Origin: Squalus acanthias
Taxonomy: Eukaryota
Assembly (NCBI GenBank): GCA_030390025.1
Contig: CM059432.1
Coordinates: forward strand, 144,152,001-144,212,000
Length of the DNA: 60,000 nucleotides
Direction: 5' to 3'
Positions within the stretch are counted from its first letter, which is position 1. Every line of letters begins with the position of its first letter. The position numbers and the translations under genes are program-made. Under the pieces are notes generated by a model. That model saw nothing but the letters and a program-made list of their open reading frames with translations. It made no database searches and was not told the DNA's origin. Of the stretch, positions 51,194 through 60,000 are shown one piece after another.

Positions 51194-51436
51194 TGTACAG
51201 AAACCCACATTGTCTCCGGTGCAAAGTCTCCGGTTTAAAGGTAACCACCTGTCCTGAGACACTCTCTCCCAGTCACATCATACTTTGGCTGCAATTTTCA
51301 GTTGACAGGAGACCCTGGTCTACTTCTCGAAACCGCCTTTGCACTTGAGTTTCGGGTGTTGGGGAGGCACCTGGACAGAGAGGTGAGTTCGCAAACCCCA
51401 GAGACACACCATCGACTTTGACTAATTTGACACAAT

Positions 51437-52174
51437 GGGCTGGATTTTCAATGACCCGTGGAGTCGGGTTTGGAGGCGTGTGGGGGGTTAAAGTTGCAGA
51501 TTCGGGGGTCCCGACCCCATCCCGACTCCATTCCGCCTCCACGCAATTTTGACAAAATCAGTCACGGTGTTCCCGACTCCGTCCCGCCTCCAAGAGGCAG
51601 GAGAGGCCATTAAAGCCCTTAACAAGCCCTAAATTGGCTCTGAAATGCTATTTTGAAACGTTTTAGCTAGTTTAACCCTTTTCTGACGTGAAGTACGCCT
51701 GATGTGAAACACGCCAGTGAAACCTGGCGGGAGCACAAGTGGATAGCTGACTATCAGCTGCAGGTCCACTATTACAACAGAGATATGATGAAGGTAGTAG
51801 TAGTATTAGGTCTGAAAGTCGCCTCTGATGCTGCTGCATTGAATGTCTTCAGAGACTGCCTGGGAGGACTTGGTTGCAAAAAAAATTCTCTCTCTCTCTG
51901 TCTCTCTCTCTCTCTCTCTTTGCATCCAGGTCCTCTCACAGCAAAGGCCAGGCAATCTCTGAGACCAGGCAGTCTCTGACCTGCAATGATGACATCATCA
52001 GAGGCGACTTTCAGACTGAAACCACTAATTGGTTCATGGGTTCCCACATGCTGGAACTGAATTGCCCAATTAAGTGAAAATTTCATCAATCTCCCACATC
52101 CAATTGCAGGCGGGTGGATAACACGAAATGCGGATGACACAACCCCAACCCGCCCCAGTATCAAAATCCAGCCC
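51437..52174. mobile_element. PIF/Harbinger-type MITE, 738 bp
   Basis: Perfect 12-bp TIR GGGCTGGATTTT (51437-51448, 52163-52174) with AAT TSD. Confidence 0.9.
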
Positions 52175-53990
52175 AATGGCTCTGATTTTGTGCGTTTCCA
52201 CACTGCGTGGCTCCGCTCCCTGCTGTAGCAAAGCGCAAGGATACTACATTACAACCACCTTGTGGATCTGAGAAGGAGGAATTACCATCAGGACCAGCCC
52301 TGGTGCTGCAGAAATGCTCAGTGGGTTGGTCAGTCCGCAGACCGGTATCGATCACTGTAGAGAAACTGCTATGAGTTCAGATTGTCTCAGTGCCCAACCA
52401 GAGGAGAGATTGTGATAGCCAGGGCTGTGCACTGTGACATCACCAAACAGGAAACTAAACTATCCGACAAAAACAAGCAATGCACTTTTTACAACTTGAT
52501 TTCACCATCCAAGTTTCCAAATCGTAACTCGCCGCAAAATAACATTTTGTTAAATTGGAATGAATGCCTTTGAATTTTCATAAATCACTTTTTTGTCTCT
52601 TTATAAACCATCTTTAAGTGGGTCTCCTCTCGGTATGTAATTACTTTACGTTTGAATCATGTGACGGTGGGCACCAGCTCTTCCCTGATGTATGTTAATG
52701 AGTTGTTCATTTGAACAGGAGGACCTTTGACCCCAGTCATTAGACATCACAATGCTGGTTCTCCATGGCAACAAAGCCCGGGGGGATTAATATGTCAAAG
52801 TGTAAAAAAAAACCTGCATTTTTGTTTTAAGTGAGGAGCCTTCAGCTGTACAGTCAAGAGGGAAGCAAGAGTTAATAAGTTTTTCTCTCGCTCGCCAGAT
52901 TAGTCCACATGTCCTTCAAGTGATTTCCTACTGATTGGACAACCCATAGCTGCCCAGGATTCAATCCTCATTTTCACACATGAGCGGGTAAACTGAACCA
53001 TTGATGTCTTTATCACATGATGAGGCCATGCCTTACTGATTACTGACAGATACTTGGAAACCTTTGTCGCCACAGCACTTAGACTTTCTCAGATCCTTTA
53101 CAAATTATCTGTCAGGAAAACAAAACACGGGGCAATGAAAGTGTGTTTCCTGTGTGACTCAGACAGCGTATTAGCCCGATTACATCTCTGGCTGTCAATG
53201 TCAGGAGCCTACTGTAACCTCTCAAACACTGGAAACTCAATTGAATCCTTCACAATCCTAATGGACTCACTGTTAAGATAACCGATACCTTGAGAACGAA
53301 TGTGCGATTTGTTTCGGAGCTATTTCACTGCTAACCTTTGCGCTGAATTCACCTTTGTCTGATTAAGGTTTGAACCTTGGGATATCTTTGGGAGGGGGCG
53401 GTTGAGGAAAGATTGCCAAATTGTGAATGAGATCAATGGGGGCTGCTTATGTGGCACAAACCCAACGTTTTCATCTTCACGGCCCAGAAGGATTGCCGTC
53501 CATTTTGAGCATTTTAACACAAACCCAGCTTGTCATGTTGTACAGCAATTTATTCAGCGCACTCTCTCCTGAATCCGCACACGTGATACGCTCCACTCCA
53601 CGTGCGATCCATGTCTGCTCACAAACTGCAGCTATCCTGAAGAAATGCAATTAAATGCTGATAAACTTATTACCGCTCATCCAAGAGGTTCTATGATTGG
53701 ATCAGGACTTGGGAAAAGCACAAGGTAAAAAAATGCTTTATTTGCAAACTTCACTGCTCCAGCTCTTTAATTGTACATTCAGCAATTGAATCCAAACAGA
53801 AACGCTAGGAATCACGTATTAAGGCACGTTGTCCAAAAGGGATCAGATAAAGAGCAATAAGGAATATTTGCTAGTTTTTATGGGAAATTGGATCTGCAGT
53901 AGTGATGATTACCATAGTGCGCTGATTCTGGATATACAGTATTGTAAGCAACTAGAAAATGATAACCTCATCAAACAAGGGTACCAGTCA

Positions 53991-54437
53991 GTGTCAGCTG
54001 TGGCTCAGTGGGTAGCACTCTCTCACCTCTGAGTCAGAAGGTTGTAGGTTCAAGTCCCACTCCAGAGACTTGAGCATTAAATCTAGGCTGACACTTCAGT
54101 GCAGTATTGAAGGAGTGCCGCACTGTCGGGGGGTGCTGTCCTGCTGATGAGATGTTAAACCAAGGCCCCGTCTGCCCTCTAACGTAGACATAAAAGATCC
54201 CACGGCACTATTTAGAAGAAGAGCAGGTGAGTTCTACCCCCCTGTGTCCTGGCCAATATTTATCCCTCAATTATTTGGTCATTTATCTCATTTGTGGGAG
54301 CTTGCTGTGCACAGATTGGTTGCAGTGTTTTCCTACACTACAACAGTGACTATACTTCAAAATGAACTCGTTGGCTGTGAAGCGCTTCAGGGCGTCCTGA
54401 GGATGTGAAGACGCGATAGAAATGCAAGTTTTTTCTT
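53991..54437 (+). mobile_element. DeuSINE, full length
   Basis: A box TGGCTCAGTGG (54001), B box GGTTCAAGTCC (about 54046), Deu domain and tail ..GATAGAAATGCAAG. Confidence 0.9.
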
Positions 54438-54944
54438 GAGGTCTGGAAATAATACGGCCGATCTGCATTTTTTCATCAGGGTTTAATACAAATTACAGCT
54501 TGTGGATCAGAAACACTAAGTGCAATGATTCCGTTGGTAAATGGTGTAACAAAGAAAGAAAGAACTCGCACTTAGAACACAAAGAACACAACTGAGATAG
54601 GAAAAGATTGCCCAGGGTTGTCAGTCTCCATTGCTCTCCACAGGAAGTGTTTCTGTTGAATAATCTGTAAGCATAAAGTTGAGCGTGACTGTGATGTCGT
54701 GATCAATTGTGCGCCTGTGCGTTTTGGGACAGAACAATTTAAATGGGTGTTGAAGTGTGGTGTTAGCAATGGCCTAGGAGCTGGTCACCTGCTAGACTTG
54801 ACAAGTGGTGGCACCTGATACCGAGAGAGGCAAAATGCAGAAAAAAACTAGATCCATTAAAAAGGAGATTAAAAAAAAATAATAATACTGTATGAAAGTG
54901 GTTCCATTCTCCTTAACCCCATGGCACATACAACAACATGTCAG

Positions 54945-55125
54945 AATTACACAGAGTCTCAACCACGCCCTGTGGTAACACATTCCGTGCTCCAACAACT
55001 CTCTCTGTGTGGAGACATTTCTCCTCACTCCTCTCAGTGATCATTTGAAATTGCTGATCCCTCGCCAGAGCAAATAGTCTCTCCCTTGTCACCACCAAAA
55101 CTCTTGAATGATTTAAAAATCTCTA
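54945..55125 (-). mobile_element. Degenerate CR1 3' fragment
   Basis: Reverse complement resembles DFIEIFK..RERLFAL..RVVGARNVLPQGVVE. Confidence 0.6.
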
Positions 55126-55215
55126 TAAAATACAGAGTTACTGAGAATGGGATCCCGCCCTCTATCGCATCTGGTATTAGCTCGGCCATTCCGATAACCG
55201 AAGGGGCAGTTCGAT

Positions 55216-55815
55216 GGCCCGGATTTTGTGGTCGGTGTAGCGACTGCGCGGCTATACCTCCTTTGAAATCCACCGCAAGTTCGGGATTTCCGCATGCGCT
55301 TGCGCAGGGCCTGTTTGCCTCAGCGTAAGGGGATTTTTCAGGCATGATTGAAACACTTTCATATCGGAAATTATACACATACACTGTATCAAATGAGTGT
55401 CTGCAAATATTGGCCCGGATTAGAGTTTTAATGGTGTCGAAAATTATTATCAAAAAGTTACATTTTTAGTGAAGTTGGTGGATTTGAAGTTAATTACGAT
55501 TTAAACTCCAAATTCTGTAAATTGTAATTAGATCAGATTTCGGGATTCCATTGCACCTCATTACGGGATTCCCTTCGGATTGAAATGATTAAAATCGAAT
55601 CCTGCTTTGTGATTTGGAGGACCAGGGCCCACGTGATCCCGGGTACGCTGCCGCACCGTCTGCGCCCCTGGGATCCGTGGGCCATTGCGCTGCCCTCCGC
55701 CTCGCAGCCTCAGACCACAAGATTTCGCAGCCTCATCGCCATCGGGTAGGTGCGTAATTCTTTCGCGGGTTGGAGGTGTACTCCGGAGGTACGCCTCCGA
55801 CCGCAATCTTTGGCC
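55216..55815. mobile_element. Degenerate Harbinger-type MITE
   Basis: Imperfect TIR GGCCCGGATTTTGTGGTCGG / CCGACCGCAATCTTTGGCC with CpG-rich ends. The flanks GAT and GAA match at only 2 of 3 positions. Confidence 0.5.
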
Positions 55816-55830
55816 GAATAACTTTACTTA

Positions 55831-56623
55831 GGGGGAGAAATTGGGTATCGCCCATTTTGGGGCGCTAATATCGGCCGGGCGCAAAGTTTAGCGCCCGGCG
55901 CTAATTATCGCCTCCGACTGCAAAATTCGCCTCTATCGCCCCTGGAGGTGATTTGAGCGCTAAATCAGGCGCAACACACCTCTCTTAAGGTGCAAACGTC
56001 AGGGAGCGAAGCGCTACCTCAGAACATTACCGAAGCTCAGGCGATGCCAATTACCATGGAAACCAGACAGACTGGCGCCATCTAGTTCTTAAAGGGGCGG
56101 GGCCATCTTGCTGGCCAGCCACACCCTGCTCAGAGCAGCCTTGAATCTCAGCCTGGAGAGACCTCAAAAGCAATTGTGTTGGAAGCACTAATGGACAGGC
56201 CCAGGGAAAGAGCTCGGCGCTTAGGAACCTCAAAAGTGGTGCTGAGGGCCAAAACTCCTTAGGACAGCGTTAAAACCAAAAATTTTGCTGACAAGAAAAG
56301 GCAGGAAGCGCCCACCTTTAAATAGCGCTCCCCCAGCCCCTCCCCGACTTGAAAACGTTCCCCTCTACCTGTCATTCCTAGCGGCAGGCGCTAAGGCAGG
56401 GGGCGCGACTCAATATCCGGTCCGGGGCGTTGCACACGCAACTGACGTCACGATCTGCGGGCGCAGGAGATCGTGGCGGTAGTGTTTAACGCCGCCGCAA
56501 AATGTCTAGTCAATTTCGCGAGCGGCGCAAACATCGCCACGCTCGGGCACTAGTTGCTTTGCGCCCCATTAGCGCCCTCTTAGGGCGCTAACGGGAGGCG
56601 CTAATCAATCGAATTTTTCCCCC
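55831..56623. mobile_element. PIF/Harbinger MITE, 793 bp
   Basis: TIR GGGGGAGAAATT / AATTTTTCCCCC (11 of 12), canonical TTA TSD (55828-55830, 56624-56626) and repeated subterminal GGCGCTAA/TTAGCGCC motifs. Confidence 0.92.
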
Positions 56624-58045
56624 TTAGACCCTAGTGTTGAGTGTTCTCAGTCACTGCCTTGCATCTCTGTAGGTCAGAGTTCAGTACCAATAAATCGGCT
56701 TGCTAATAATATGCATTGGCTCCAGATGATAGGTGCTCAGGGTCACAAATAAAACAAGCTGTTAACAGCAGTTCTCCCAGTAAGTCAAATCCTTGCATCG
56801 ACCTGCTCGCCTCATCCCTGCTCCCTTGCGCCGGGAGCCATTTTAACAGGCGACCTCTGGTGTGCCAGACTATGACCAGCTGTATTACGATCACTGCACA
56901 AAGCAGGGCCGTGGATTAGTGTAAAGCTTCATCAGGTAGAGAGAGGCCTTGAATAAGATGCTTCTCAATTCCTCCTGACCAACCACTACCAATTCCACAG
57001 TAACAACATCTCATAGGGGGTTAACGTTCCCTCCACTAAATCACTTTATGCCATGTAATCAGTGAGAGTTGCTCTCCTTTATAATACATGTCAATCTCAC
57101 TAACATTAATGAACCAAGGAAATTATACTCCATCGACACAATGACATTGTGGTCCTTCACCTTGTTTTGTCAGGCTAATTATATCAAAGGTATATCTCGT
57201 CTAATCGGTTAGGGTTTGCTGCCCAATAATTAATTAGTGAGGCCCTTGTCTGTGCTCCAAGTTTCATAAAGATTTGTCTAATCCATTATTGAGCATTCAG
57301 CTCTCTCCAAAGATTAAAAAGTTAAGTAGAGCCTGTGACAGTAAAAATTCCAAATCTCCTGTTGGAAAATAAGGAATCAGTTAGCTGGCCTTTTCCTGTT
57401 TCACATTTTCTTGTCACGTAGCGTGAGTTTTTACAGAGGCTCACTTACTTCATTAGGTATCATTGTTTCATATCAGTTTGACCACACCAGTATCTGACAA
57501 TATGCCAATTAGGTCACTGATTAGATCAACACCACACAAACCAGGAGACTACAAGATGGAGTTTGTACGTCAGCATGAGTTGCTAAATGTTCATTTGTTG
57601 TGTTCCATTGAACCCTAAAACTAGTTAAACACAAGAACAGAGCAGTGATCCTTTTCATTGTTGGTGTCCTGTGTCACTACATTGCAGACAACCCCCAGAA
57701 ATGTGCAGCGAATGAGAATTATGGGGCCAGTTATCGCCGATTGTGCAGAATACGTCTGAATGTGAATTGAAGATTGAAGTGAAGATCCCATATATCTTCA
57801 CAATCAGAAGACCCATCAGGCCAATAGTTTACCTTTGCTCTTCCCTTCTTCCCTCTTATCCCCTCCGCCCTTCCCTTCCCTCCTCCTCCCTTCCTCCTCT
57901 CCGGCTTTTCCCCCCTCTGGCCTTTCCCTCTGCTGACCCTCCTCCTCATGTCACAGCCCCAAACACAGACCAAACAAAAAAACCCGTGATCCAACAATGT
58001 TGGGTAGGCAACCCTTTGACAAAGTGCAGGACCTCCCGTGAATAG

Positions 58046-58637
58046 GGCGTGAATCGGGCTCGGGCGTAAATTGGGAATGAATCGGGCTCGGACACGAATC
58101 AGACATGAATCGGGCTCGGACACGAATCAGACATGAATCGGGCTCGGACACGAATCAGACATGAATCGGGCTCGGACACGAATCAGACATGAATCGGGCT
58201 CAGGCGTGAATCGGGCTCGGACATGAATCAGACATGAATCAGGCTCAGGTGTGAATCGGGCTCGGACATGAATCAGACATGAATCGGGCTCGGACACGAA
58301 TCAGACATGAATCGGGCTCGGACATGAATCAGACATGAATCGGGCTCGGACACGAATCAGACATGAATCGGCGGACAGAATCAGGCAGAATCGGCTCACC
58401 CGTGAACATTCAGGCGTGAATCGTCTCGGCGTGAATGGTCTCGGGCGTGAATCGGGCTCTGCGGGCGTGAATCGGGCTCAGGCATGAATCAGACATGAAT
58501 CGGGCTCGGACATGAATCAGACATGAATCGGGCTCGGACATGAATCAGACATGAATCAGGCTCAACCCTGAATTGGTCTTGGGCGTGAATCGGTCTCGGG
58601 CGTGAATTGGTCTCGGGCGTGAATCGGTCTCAGGCGT
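58046..58637. repeat. Minisatellite of 17-bp and 11-bp subunits (28-bp period)
   Basis: GAATCGGGCTCGGACAC plus GAATCAGACAT, with runs of the 17-mer alone (GAATCGGTCTCGGGCGT) at the edges. Confidence 0.95.
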
Positions 58638-59567
58638 AGGCCATCGCGTTGCTACAGTCATCGTTATTGCGCCCGTTTCACACCTGAAAAATGGGCTCAG
58701 TGATGTATAATTTAAACCCCACTTGACCGCATTTAAGTGTAATTGTCACACCAGGTACGACTTGACATAAGTTGTAACACGCAAAGTTAGCTCAGTCAGT
58801 CTGGATCCATTAATCAATGGACAGTCGATGGACAAATGGGATCGCAGCACTGGTTCAGTTCCGTGAGGCTGAGGGCGGAGAGAGAACGGTCCCACAAGTT
58901 CAGACCCTCTTGCGGTGGGGCTGAATTGCCTTGTGAGCACAGTTTGAGGGACAGTTCTGAGCATTACAAGCAATTCCGGCTTAACTGGTTCTGATTACCT
59001 TCTATAAATCCAGTGTCACGTGGGGATTTCTGCTGCCTATCTATGTTATTGTGGTTTTAATGGGCAGTACACGGGAATCTACACAGATCCTGTGTCTCAT
59101 ACGCACAGGGAGTAGCAGCTGTGCCTTTTCATTATCAAGATTCCAGCTTCAGAATTTGTCTAAGCAATCAGTTAAACTGATTGAGAGCAGCGCATTACCT
59201 GTTAACCAGGGTCTTACTTGGATTAGGGTTATGAAACCTGGTAACCAACACTGACAGTTATCTCCATTTAAAAGCACTGAGCAATCATCTTCCATTTTTA
59301 TTGCTCTCAAAAGATTTGGGGCTTTGTTTTCCTCCAGTATCACAGTGAAGTTTATCCGTGTTGATCCAAAGCAGGTTCAGGACTGGCACAAACATAACCC
59401 TTGCTCTAAAAATTTGATTTGCTCTTTGTTCGAGTGCTGGCAGCATCAAGCCACCATCGAGGGGCCTGCTGCCTGTCTCAAGGACGGGGTTGAGTATTAT
59501 GTTATATGATTGTGACAACATCTCTCAAGTGTTTAGGAATATGAAACCTGGTAACCAGCACTGATAG

Positions 59568-60000
59568 CCCTTAGGGAAGAGTGACCATAATATGGTAGAA
59601 TTTTATATTAAGTTTGAAAGTGATTTAGTTAAATCCAAAACTAGGGTCTTCAATCTGAACAAAGCAAACTACATAGGTATGTGGGGCGAGTTGGCTAATG
59701 TAGATTGGGAAACTAGATTAAAAGGTATGACGGTAGACAAGCAATGGCTAGCATTTAAAGAATTAATACATAATTTATAACAAATATACATTCCTTTAAG
59801 GCACAAAAACCCCACAGGAAAAGTGGTCCAACCCTGGCTAACAAGAGAAGTTAAAGATAGTATTAGATCAAAGGAAGAGGCTTATAATGTTGCCAAAAAG
59901 AGTAGTAAGCCTGAGGATTGGGAGGATTTTAGAATTCAGCAAAGGAGGACCAAGAAATTGATAAAGAAAGGGAAATTAGAATATGAGAGTAAACTAGCGA
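59568..60000 (+). mobile_element. CR1 LINE ORF2, 5'-truncated at the end of the endonuclease and running off the window
   Basis: LGKSDHNMVEF...NKANY...WLAFKELI...PWLTREVK. Confidence 0.88.

Noticed and set aside
50630..51262. Pro-rich and Gly-rich ORFs
   Set aside because: Translations of the 16-bp minisatellite.
53991..54065. Possible tRNA gene (A and B boxes)
   Set aside because: It continues directly into the Deu domain, so it is a SINE head. The same applies to the heads near 19600, 34400, 38340 and 43210.

Overview
Repeat-dense, apparently non-genic vertebrate DNA. The repeat content (HE1-type V-SINEs, DeuSINEs, CR1/L2/RTE LINEs, Penelope-type termini) points to a cartilaginous fish, most likely a shark; this is recognition from memory, not a database result. 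I can support no host protein-coding exon. The long ORFs are either translations of minisatellites or broken LINE ORF2 fragments. The window holds a >6.6 kb C-rich 15/16-bp minisatellite, five further tandem arrays, many nested CR1, L2 and RTE LINE fragments, three SINE families and a TA-targeting Tc1/mariner-pogo-type MITE. It also holds several PIF/Harbinger-type elements (12-bp TIRs, 3-bp TSDs), one of which keeps remnants of both Harbinger genes. The most interesting signal is a 350-400 bp non-coding element present twice, each copy flanked by an 11-12 bp TSD. It carries an intact minimal hammerhead ribozyme motif on the minus strand, and the longer copy ends in the relic of a second hammerhead, which suggests a Penelope-dependent, retrozyme-like element. 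Most minisatellites sit at or inside transposon termini. A few unique AT-rich islands look like candidate enhancers. Boundaries of degenerate repeats are approximate.
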